Shown here in pieces: positions 13,718 to 23,574 of a stretch of 38,272 nucleotides of DNA. The DNA comes from Macrostomum lignano. Lineage: Eukaryota. The notes below the pieces were generated by a model. The model was not told the DNA's origin. It did no database searches and worked only from the letters and a program-made list of their open reading frames with translations. The position numbers and the translations under genes were made by a program. The stretch spans positions 35,379 to 73,650 of the forward strand of contig NIVC01003012.1 of the NCBI GenBank assembly GCA_002269645.1, given 5' to 3'. Numbering within the stretch: position 1 is the stretch's first letter; each line of letters opens with the position of its first letter.

Positions 13718-15518
13718 GACTGCAGGTTTGCCTGTTCTACTAAGCCTTTTAGCCGACGCAGTACAGCTTCGAGGTCGGTCGCTCTAACAGCGAGGCGATG
13801 CGAGTTCACTCGCTATATTCTCTTTCCAGCCAAGGAAATCTCCCTTCGTCCTCCCGTCTCGCTCTTTTTTTCCTCTATACAGCTGGCCAATGGCATCGGC
13901 GCATCCACGTCGAGGTCAATTTGGTAGGCCATTTGTTTACATGCTTCTAGGGCAAGTTCTATTTTAATAAAATAGAACTTATAAGGTTTGCGCTGCTCTA
14001 CTTTAAGTAGGGAAGCAAGAAAAAAAGATTATTCTTTATATGCAAGTCCTCACTTTCCGTCCCAAACTTGATAACTGACAAGTATTCGTTTACATTGTAT
14101 ATCAAATCCACCACCCCTCTGTTCATATTATTTGCACATGAGCGCCGAGCGAGAGAGTGAATTGTGGAACAACTGGTGGTGAAATAAGCCTGCCCGTCGA
14201 GGCACAAGAAAGAAAGCCGGAAATTCAGAAACAGATCTGCTTATTTAGAGTTACTTTGGTAGTATGAACTGACTAAGCAGTCAAGAGTATAAACTGAAAA
14301 TATGTGAAAAAATATTAAGATTCGTAAATCGTGATCGTTTCCCAATAAATAACCCAAATACTGAAATAATCGCCGAGCCTAATAAATATTACAACCAACT
14401 AAAAAAGCTAGATTCTCTCTTTACGCTTCAAAGGGATAAAGGAGAGATAAGCAAAAGAAAAAGGCAGTAAACTACTAACTAGAAGCTAATAAAAGTAGCC
14501 TATGTCCTAGTAAAGTAGTAAATGAATGTTTCAATGACCTTCACTGTTACTGTTAGCAGGAGCGATTATTAATATCAGCTAGAAAAATTTATAATTGAAA
14601 AATCAAACGATAACCACAAAAACAGTTAATAGAAGAATCAGCAATGCTTACCGATTGAAAGAGTTTAGAAAATAAAAAGATTTGAGACAAGTCAGGTCTC
14701 CAGACTTCAAGTAGAGTGCAGGGAAGAAAGAAAGGCCACAAAGGAGAGACTTGTTCAATTTAGCTAATTTTATATAATTACACTGGCTTCGTGTACAATG
14801 GATCAATGTACGGTGGAAAAACTCCTAACCCCCCAAGACTGAGTGGGGCAGTGTGTGTGGTGGAATTTCACCCAATAAAACCGACGGAGCGAGTGGGGAG
14901 TGGGGACGCGAGGGCTTCAGCGGCGGGCCAGTAAAAGCTGAGCTAGCGGGGGGGGGTTATTATAAACATCTCGGGGTGTTCCAGTTGAACTCTTACCGCA
15001 AGCCCCGTACCCCTCTGACCATTCCAGACTTGCAATGTACTTAGTGCAGGATGATTACAATATACAGTGGACACGCACTTGCACACGACACCTAGGGAGG
15101 CTCGACTGTTGGCTCATTAATTAAGTTCCATTCAGTTTAGTTGATACTGAAAAGTTATTATATATTTTTTCTAGAAACTTCTCCTTGACTAAACAATATA
15201 CTTTACAAAAAATGGAAGTTAAATAAACGGGCCTAAACTTTTATCTCAATAATAATTAACTTGTATAGTTGAAAAAAATAATTTTTTAAAACAATGGCAT
15301 TACAAAACAGCCTGTCTGAGCTGTCTCATATAGCCCCGTTCCCTGTAAACCAAACACAGGCACTATACGAGCGTAAAGGTAATTCAAAGGGTATAAAATA
15401 GTTTAGGCCATACATGTAATAAGGGCTTGTAAATAACCCACCCTCCTCTAAAAAATCATAAAAAATAATACGAGCGTTTTTCGAAAAAGGCTGCTTGACT
15501 ACTTTAAGTAGTGAATCG

Positions 15519-15748
15519 CTAAGATATCATTTGGAGCGCTAAGATCTGATCTGGGGCACTAATATCTCATCTGGGCCGCTAAGATCTCATCTGGGGCGCT
15601 AAGATCTCATCTGGAGCGCTAAGATCTCATCTGGAGCGCTAAGATCTCATATGGGGCACTAAGATCTCATATGGGGCACTAAGATCTCATATGGGGCACT
15701 AAGATCTCATCTGGGGCGCTAAGATCTCATCTGGGGCGCTAAGATCTC
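15519..15748. repeat. 20-bp minisatellite (CTAAGATCTCATCTGGGGCG)n, about 11 copies
   Basis: Direct reading. Confidence 0.97.
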
Positions 15749-15812
15749 TACTTCAGCATACAAATTCAAGGAAGGAATTTTTCTAAATAAATTTATTACA
15801 GATTTTACCTAC

Positions 15813-16001
15813 CTGATTAGACACGGAAAACTGTTGAATACGGCTGCTCAGTCCTGTTGCAGCAATCGGGCTGTTTGTTAGCTGCATGTACTGCCAAGGC
15901 CTTGTAACAACCGTGCTCATTGACCTGGGCAGCTGTGTCAGACAGCGGGTCAGGCATAGGCCCGACCTCATAGCTCTGAACGAAGCCACTGAGACAGACA
16001 T
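15813..16001 (-). CDS. Putative first exon of peroxiredoxin encoding a mitochondrial presequence (63 aa)
   Basis: MSVSVASFRAMRSGLCLTRCLTQLPRSMSTVVTRPWQYMQLTNSPIAATGLSSRIQQFSVSNQ has 6 Arg, no Asp/Glu, is Ser/Leu/Thr-rich and has an R..QFS.S motif. Strong phase-0 donor CAG|GTAGGT joins the 7329 acceptor in frame. Confidence 0.7.
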
Positions 16002-16324
16002 GACGCTAAATTGTATATTGAGCTCAAAGCATGCAATGTTTAATTGAGAAATAGTTGCTATTAAACAACTTTAAACATTGCATTAAACATACGAGATAAA
16101 TACTTCATAATTTAGAAATAAAGTACACAAAAAGGTTTATTGAAGGCCTAATAATTAGTCTAATTTTATTTATACCTATTTTAAGTTAATACGAGAAATC
16201 AATTGATAAACGGTTACGTTAATAAACAAAGTGAATAACTATTAAAGCTATTTTAGGCTGTTTAAGGTAAATTATTTAACTTCAAGTTAAGTAGTCTTAT
16301 TAAAATCTCAATTTTTATCAATAT

Positions 16325-16345
16325 GGCCTCAAAAGGGCCGTTTTT
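16325..16345 (-). terminator. Degenerate histone-type 3' stem-loop (one stem base missing)
   Basis: AAAAAC-GGCCCTTTTGAGGCC-ATA; about 30 nt of upstream flank is similar to the copy at 16678. Confidence 0.55.
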
Positions 16346-16659
16346 ACAAGATAGAATACAGAAAAAAACTTCCTACAACAAACAATTTAATCTCTTTAAG
16401 GATAATACCAGGTATATATATTAGATATCTAACTCAACTCAAGAGGTACAGGTACAGGTACCTCTTCAGGTAAGAGGTAAATTTTAAAAATAAAAAAAGT
16501 AAAAACAATAATATAATAATAATATAATTGGAGGTTTGACGCAACGACTTCGCCGACATCGCCCCGTACATTCCGTTGTCGCCTAAGCATGCAAGCCCAC
16601 CAATACTGTATTCAGGCACGCACTCATACACCCGCTCACATGAATAAGAATGGTAAGAT

Positions 16660-16698
16660 AACTCTTTTAATTACGGTGGCCCTCAAAAGGGCCGTTTT
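16660..16698 (-). terminator. Replication-dependent histone mRNA-type stem-loop plus purine-rich downstream element
   Basis: AAAAC-GGCCCT-TTTG-AGGGCC-ACC (perfect 6-bp stem, 4-nt UUUN loop, canonical flanks), then AAAAGAGTT 9 nt downstream. Confidence 0.75.
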
Positions 16699-17441
16699 AC
16701 GAGATAAAATCTACAAAAAGACCTTAGCTTATGGAAGGAAGGAAAAAAGACTAAATGAAATAGAATAAACAAAATTAATTTCAATCAAGGGAAGCGGGCA
16801 CTAGAAGTAACTGATTAAAAGAAATTTCAAGTTGATGAAGAATAGAAGGGTTAAAGATCGGAACACACACTTTAATTAGTTATCTGGAGAGTTCCTGAGC
16901 AATCCAAAAGCAAAATGACTATTACTCATTCCACTGACACTAGCTGTCGCAAATAGAGAAGGAAAGAAAGTATTATACAATGCGTAGACAGTAGCACGTA
17001 CATAGGAATACATAGAAATTCATGTTAATATGTTTAAAACCAGGCATGGGCCATAAAATATCAGCCACAAATTCTAAACGGTATAAGGTACAGAATATCT
17101 GAAAGTATCAAAATAATCAACAAAGAAAAATCTATAAAATGACATATTACTCAATAAAATAGCTCAAAGAATACACTAGTTACAATAAAAATAAAATTAT
17201 CACACTGAATTCTAATTGTCAAAACTGAGCCCGAACCCTCCCGCGCGGGTGGAACACAATGATGCGGTCCAGTTCCTGGCCTAAGGCCTATATATACACG
17301 AGCTCTTGCGGCTCGTTCAGGACCCATATTCACGCCTCTGGCTGACTCTGTAAGCGAATTGCAGACAGTATTAGGAGAGCTAATTTGCAAGCACGCCAAT
17401 ACGAGCCTATTCTGCAGTTGCTATACTAATTCTAAATTCTA

Positions 17442-17798
17442 ATGGCTGACAGAAATTCCGACTCTGCTACGCCATCGCCAGTGCCACGTGGACACCGAGA
17501 AATTGTGCGAAAACTCGTCGAAGCTAGAGGCACCCAACTGGACCATATTATGTACAGTCTGAAGCATTACCTGCGTCGAATTAGCATGATGCGACTGGAC
17601 AGGCGTCTACCGCAACGAACTCAGGTCATCGCCGCCAAGAGAGCACTTAAGCAGGGCTACAACCGGGTCGAGGCTATGGCAGTCGTCAGGACTATTGCTG
17701 AGGATCTGCGCCGGGACTGGGCTGGCAATGGAGGACCAGTGTACCGCCAGCTGCTAGTAGATGAAGTCAAGTGGCTGCTTGATGACTTTTATAACTGA
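17442..17798 (+). CDS. Orphan 118-aa basic/helical protein, single coding exon
   Basis: GC-elevated ORF inside AT-rich DNA; acceptor-like TTCTGCAG at 17417 before the ATG; AATAAA at about 17906. No family confidently recognised. Confidence 0.6.
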   Translation: MADRNSDSATPSPVPRGHREIVRKLVEARGTQLDHIMYSLKHYLRRISMMRLDRRLPQRTQVIAAKRALKQGYNRVEAMAVVRTIAEDLRRDWAGNGGPVYRQLLVDEVKWLLDDFYN

Positions 17799-19110
17799 AT
17801 AACTGAGTACTGTATATATTTCACTTGTTATATTTCTGTATGTATTACTATATCAGGCTAGGCCTACTTAATTTTTTTGTTCGAATATTGCTCAGTTTTA
17901 CTGTAAATAAACTCACTATAGTATCACTAATTGCATTTGTTAACTGTATTGTATCTATATGAAGTATACTTTATACTTGCAAATAAAATGGTCTGTCTTA
18001 GTGGTAAGCCACCAAACTGCTAAAGTGTTTAAATTTATAATTACTAGAAATATTAACAAAATGAAAAATATAAATTTTAGTGCAAAAAATATGACAAAAG
18101 TCAAATAGAGCAAGGTTGAGGTCTGAAATTTACTAACTACCAAATTTTAATTCTACTCGACTGCTTAACAAAATTCAACTTGAATACTCAGCTTGAACTA
18201 CCAAAGTTTGGTCAAGTATTTGACTTGACCAAAACCTGAGTTTGTCTAGGCTCAATGCTTTAATAGTACTAACTTATACTAAACTACAAGTTAGGCTAGT
18301 ATAGTAGTAATAATATCACTTGACTAGGGCCTACTAATACGAATTAATAAACATGCCTATTGGTCTATATATTATAGTAATAAATGTATCCTTAGCCATT
18401 GTATACCTAAATAAGCCTGGATACAAATGGTAGACCTTGTTCCTGATCCTGATTAATCCCAAGTCCCAACTTTTTAAATTCAATCCTACCTGACCAGAAT
18501 TTTCTTATCCTGGTTGGGCTCTAATACTAATAGACATAGGCCTAGCATAATTTTTTTAGAGACGATATGTGTAATACCAATGCATTGTTTCTATACCTAA
18601 CCTATAATTTTTTTTCATAATCAAAACATTTTGAAACTAAATATTAAACAATGCTATCTAGGTTTTTATTGGTATTAAGATGCAAGTATTGGTATTATGA
18701 AAAAAAGAACAAAATAGGATATTATATCATATCAAAGGTCAAACTTGAAGATATAATTAGAAAGTTGACATGTATGCTATACTTTAGCATCTGAAAAATA
18801 GATAAAAACTTAAAATAAACCATTAATACAAAAGTTACACATTTTAAGCATCAAAGACCTAAATATTATGTGCTATGTTTATATGCCAAATACATTGGTG
18901 ACCCTTTGTAAGAGCACTATAATTTTCTACAGCAAAGGCCACCTTGACTATGGGGCTAGTCTAATTTTAAATATTATAGTAAAGTTTAGAAGGCCTAATA
19001 TGTATACTGTAAAAGATAGGTAAAAGGAATCTTTAGAGAATCTTAGACTTAGAGATAATCAATATTTCTTTGATTATTAAATATAATTGAAGCCAAAAAA
19101 CTGTTCATAT

Positions 19111-20562
19111 TAGGGGGCGACCGGGACGGCCAAAGTCGGGCCCGGGTCGGGCCCGGGAATGAGGACTCGGGCCCGGGTCGGGCCTCGGGAATTCGGGACA
19201 AGATCTTTAAGACAGCTCAATAATTGGAAAAAAATCATAATAAATCTTAATACTTTTAGCATATGCGGATTACTATTAAATATATAATAAATATATTAAT
19301 ATATTATAATATATAAATATATTAAATATATAATAATATATAAATATAATATATTATATTAAATATATAATAAATATTATTTTTATTTAATACATTAGTT
19401 AAGACTTCAGAATAGATAAGAGTTACATTAAAAGACTTAATACTCAAATATCAATATACTCAATAGTTCAAATTCAATGTCACTGTGTGGCACAAGTACT
19501 GTGTGTGTGCCAGTGACAGTGACACTAACACTTAACAGGCAGTGAGGTAGGCAAGCAGGCACTGCGGTAGTGCGGCTGGCACTGGCAGTGGCAGTAAGCA
19601 AAAAGAAGAAAAGCTGAAGCATTAAGTGTAAGGCACTTGGCATTGGAAGCAGTAAGGAAGTAAGAACCAAATCAATTGATTGATTCTTTTATTTGAATTT
19701 TTAGTTTCTTTACATAGCTTCAATGTAAAGAGCCATGTACACAGTCAGTATTCAGTAAGACAACAAGACAAGACAACAGAACAGAACACAAGTGAAGTGA
19801 CAACACAACACAACACTCAACTGTCTCAACAGAACAGGCAAACAGACAATGGAAATACAAGTAATTAGCTGATACCTGCCTACCTGCTCACCTACCTACC
19901 TAAACGAATATGATTACGAATACGATACTGAGTCTACAACTACAACTACCTACGAATACAATACAAATATGAACACGATTACAAACTCTGATAGATAGCA
20001 AACTTCTTGGAAAAATGGTAGCCTTGGCCCTTAATAGGTACTTCTTGGAACGTAAATAGGAAATGTTATTTACAAAAGCTTAAAAATGACAAATCAACTT
20101 TTTAAAGAATCATATTTTTGCTTTTAGGCTGCAGCCTGCAGCGTGTAAAGTGGAATCAATATTGCATCAACTATGTTTTAATTTTATCTTCCTGGAAAAA
20201 ATCCGATCTTCCTGGAAAGTGGAAACTGGCTGTGGCTGACGCTCACGGTCACAGACGCTCACGCTTAGAGCCTACTACGAATCAATGATATTGCTACTTC
20301 ACATCATATCATCTATTACTATTACTGCAGTCGTGCAGTGCTTGAGTCTTGAGTGCTGATGCAATGCTTAACTGAGTGTTGTGCTGTGCTGTGAATAAAA
20401 ATAATTTTATTCTTATTTGCACGCGGTTAGTGCCTTTAGGGAAAAAATACTTGTCCCGATTTCCCGACTTTTTTAGGGTCGGGCCCGGGCCCGGGTCGGG
20501 CCACGATTTTGGTCGGGATTCCCGACTTTTCGGGCCCGGGCCCGGGACTGGGTCGCCCCCTA
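19111..20562. mobile_element. Non-autonomous hAT-type DNA transposon, 1452 bp
   Basis: 12-bp perfect TIRs TAGGGGGCGACC / GGTCGCCCCCTA; identical 8-bp TSD GTTCATAT at 19103-19110 and 20563-20570; GC-rich subterminal CCCGGGTCGGG repeats in inverted orientation; no transposase ORF. Confidence 0.93.
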
Positions 20563-21302
20563 GTTCATATAGTTGCTATTAGTATTGCTGTCATCGCTTG
20601 TCCTGAACTCCGTGAATTTAATATACTATCGGACTTACATTACATACGATCTACTACTACTAGCTGACATGAGAGCACTATTGTATCAGTAATACTATTA
20701 CTGATCAAATATCAAATTTGTTTTTATCAAATATGATACAGATACTAATAGGTCTGTATCAAGCATTAATCATAGGCCTGTATCAACAATAAATAAATGA
20801 GGAACTCCAATTTCTATAACTTCTACACTTCAGTCAGTGAAAAAATTGATCTGTAGCCATTCTTTGTTGATCAATCAAAACTTTTGAATGGCTCATTATG
20901 GAGCCTGATGGTTCATGTTCATTCTTTGAATAAGAATTTGTTCATTTCGAAGAAACTTTAGCTTTTAATTTTGTGTTCAGTAAATCAATATTATCTAGTT
21001 ATTATATGTAAAGAGCGGAACTAAACTCTAATGTTATAGATTCTAGAACAATAAAATTTTCTAGACTATTTTTATTATTAACTGAAATTTTTTCCACAGT
21101 CTGCACGGTAAAACTGAAAATGGATACAACATGCTGAGCAACACTTATAACAAGTTTAAACCTAAGAGCACCCGAGCTAACATGGAGAGCCAAAATCTCG
21201 TAGTATAGCTACGAGTGATAAAGCTGAAGTCAAAATTTAAATCTGCAACGCTGCAAATGGATTTCACAGAATACGTGTGTATATCACATGTACAATATGT
21301 AG

Positions 21303-22476
21303 CTGTGGCAGCTAGGCGCGTCGGTGGGGGGGGACATGTCCCCCCCCCAGTAAAAGCTTTGGGGGTGTCCCCCGACCCCACTTTGTGACCCGTTGTGGTA
21401 ATCAATTTCTTCAGGACGTCAAAATATATAGCGCCTTCTGCGCCAAAATGCGTGCCTGCGCGCGGCGCGAAAAGGAGTACCTGCGGCGCCAAAATGAGCG
21501 CTGACTACACGATTCTCAAAATAATGGAAATTTAGGAATTTAGTCATGTACATGTTGAATTCTTGGCTTTGTCTCCCCACCATAAAATCCATGGCGACGC
21601 GGGCCCTGGCATATGGGATGTGCAAGCATTGCAGATATACGTATATCGTACATGTTCAAGTGAATATTAATTTATAAGCTGCCGCAATCAAACGGTTGCT
21701 TATTTACAATCAAACGGTTGCGATTTACCTTGCGGGCTACCTTACTTCTTTTATTAATCAATACATGTATACATGTACGTAGGAACCACCCCTCTCGCAA
21801 AAAAACTCGCCGGTTTGCAAGTGCGATTCGCTGGCGGCTTTCCGAGAGGGCATGCACCTTTTATATGTAAGTCTCATTAGGGGCGTCGCCTAGATTTTAT
21901 GGCTGGGACAAAAGCAAATAATTTAAATAACTAAATTCCTACATTATTTTAGGAATTAATGTTAGTACTCATTTAGGCGCCGAAGACACTCATTTAGGCC
22001 GCAAGACACTCATTTTGGTGCTTCAGGTAATTTTTTGGCGCCGTAGATTCGGCACGATCATTTTTGAGTGCCGAGATAGGCACCGCGGGCACTCATTTTA
22101 GCGCCGCAGGCATTCCTTTTAGCGCCGCAGGCACTCATTTTGGCACCGCAGGCACTCCTTTTAGCGCCGCAGGCATTCCTTTTGGCACCGCAGGCATTCC
22201 TTTTAGCACCGCAGGCACTCATTTTGGTACCGCGGGCACTCATTTTGGTACCGCGGGCACTCATTTTGGTACCGCGGGCACTCATTTTGGTACCGCGGGC
22301 ACTCATTTTGGTACCGCGGGCACTCATTTTGGTACCGCGGGCACTCATTTTGGTACCGCGGGCACTCATTTTGGTACCGCGGGCACTCATTTTGGCACCG
22401 CGGGCACTCATTTTGGTACCGCGGGCACTCATTTTACGGGACGACGTGCCTGCGAGCGAATGCCCAAGCCCCACTG
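21303..22476. mobile_element. Possible foldback/MITE-like element with inverted subterminal repeats
   Basis: 21440-21500 is an inverted copy of about 3 units of the 22070-22435 array; G-run-ACATGT-C-run palindrome at about 21327-21348; no TSD found. Confidence 0.3.
22070..22435. repeat. 21-bp minisatellite (GGTACCGCGGGCACTCATTTT)n, about 17 copies
   Basis: Direct reading; degenerate units extend back to about 21965. Confidence 0.97.
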
Positions 22477-22663
22477 ACTAACTGCATGCATTGGCCGCGC
22501 GTTGTCGTGACAAAAGGCCTCTCTATTTTACAATTGTTCCTAACAAAGCCCCTACTTATACTGCATGTACAACCGAGCCGTCATGCGAATGTTTGTTATC
22601 TAATATATGTGAAAATTGTGCAACTGTCATCTTCCCACTGGACTGCACCAGGGACTGTTCATT

Positions 22664-22797
22664 TATATAAGAGGGACTGGCACTTGAAAAACAGTTTGTG
22701 ACAAAGCCTGACTCTGAACTGAAACTTCTCAGGTAAGATCCCGGCGAATTTCCAGTTGCTCATCATAGTTGAACTTTTGTTACGACCATTGCAACAG
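22664..22797 (+). promoter_or_regulatory. TATA box and 65-nt 5'UTR intron of cystatin
   Basis: TATATAA at 22664; donor CAG|GTAAGA at 22732/22733; acceptor CAACAG at 22797, 4 nt before the ATG. Confidence 0.65.
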
Positions 22798-22801
22798 AAA
22801 C

Positions 22802-23251
22802 ATGAAGTGCGTCATTATGCTATCCATTGTCGCCTTCTGTCTGGCCGGCGTCGCCATTGGCTCCCTGATCGGCGGCAAGCGCCCGCTGACACAGGAAGAC
22901 GTCAAATCGTCTGAGTTCCGCGGCGCCTTGGACATGGCCACTCTGGAGATGAACCGGCTGAGCAGCCACCCCAGATTCCACGCAGTGCTCAACTTCGTGC
23001 GCGGCACCAAACAGGTGGTTGCCGGCGTCCTCTACGAATTCAGCATCGTTTTGCGCGCCACCGAGTGCGAGAACCACGAGGCGCAGAACCTGGAGAACTT
23101 GGCCAAGTGCGCCCCAGTGAACTTGCTCGGCGCCTCAGAGTTCCACTGCGACTTCAAGGTTCTCTACCAGCCGTGGTCCGGCAACTCTGAGTACCGGGTT
23201 ATGAGCGAGCCGTCCTGCGTGTCACCCCGGGAGGTGCCCTTCGCCGGCTAA
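22802..23251 (+). CDS. Secreted type-2 cystatin (cysteine protease inhibitor), 149 aa
   Basis: Signal peptide MKCVIMLSIVAFCLAGVAIG; N-terminal GG; QVVAG (QxVxG); PW; two C-terminal Cys pairs; AATAAA at 23395. Confidence 0.95.
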   Translation: MKCVIMLSIVAFCLAGVAIGSLIGGKRPLTQEDVKSSEFRGALDMATLEMNRLSSHPRFHAVLNFVRGTKQVVAGVLYEFSIVLRATECENHEAQNLENLAKCAPVNLLGASEFHCDFKVLYQPWSGNSEYRVMSEPSCVSPREVPFAG

Positions 23252-23574
23252 GAGCCCCGAGGATTACTAGGACAACGAGTCGTGGGTCGAATTTCAGTTT
23301 TAGTGCACTATAAGCGCGTCTGAGGCAGAAAAACCGCTTGGTTATCTGCGTACATATCTTTGTTGACTTCAGCCCCTTGGTTTACCAAACATAAAATAAA
23401 TAGACAACTGCAGTACCCGCTAGTTCAATTCATTGTTTCATTTATTATTTTTTAAATGGTCAAGCGAGCTATCCTTACATCTCCGACCCAGTGTACAACA
23501 ATTATGACTTAAAAGAAGAAACACAAATCAGATTTCGCATCCAGATCTGCATACATGTAAATCAGAATTTTATA

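Noticed and set aside
16441-16475. CTGAAGA followed by a hairpin as a hammerhead ribozyme
   Set aside because: No GAAA after the stem, and no helix III or cleavage triplet.
16434-16631. 65-aa hydrophobic ORF ending upstream of the second stem-loop
   Set aside because: Non-ATG start, and the hydrophobicity comes from a T-rich tract; not supportable as coding.
16690-16735. Resemblance to a flatworm spliced-leader exon (GCCGTT...ATG)
   Set aside because: The ATG is followed by GA rather than a GT donor, and no Sm site is apparent.
17255-17346. C/D snoRNA candidate (ATGATG...CTGA)
   Set aside because: Imperfect C box and no terminal stem.
13950-21300. AT-rich island as a mitochondrial insertion or viral segment
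   Set aside because: No recognisable mitochondrial rRNA, tRNA or protein motifs and no viral hallmark ORFs seen.
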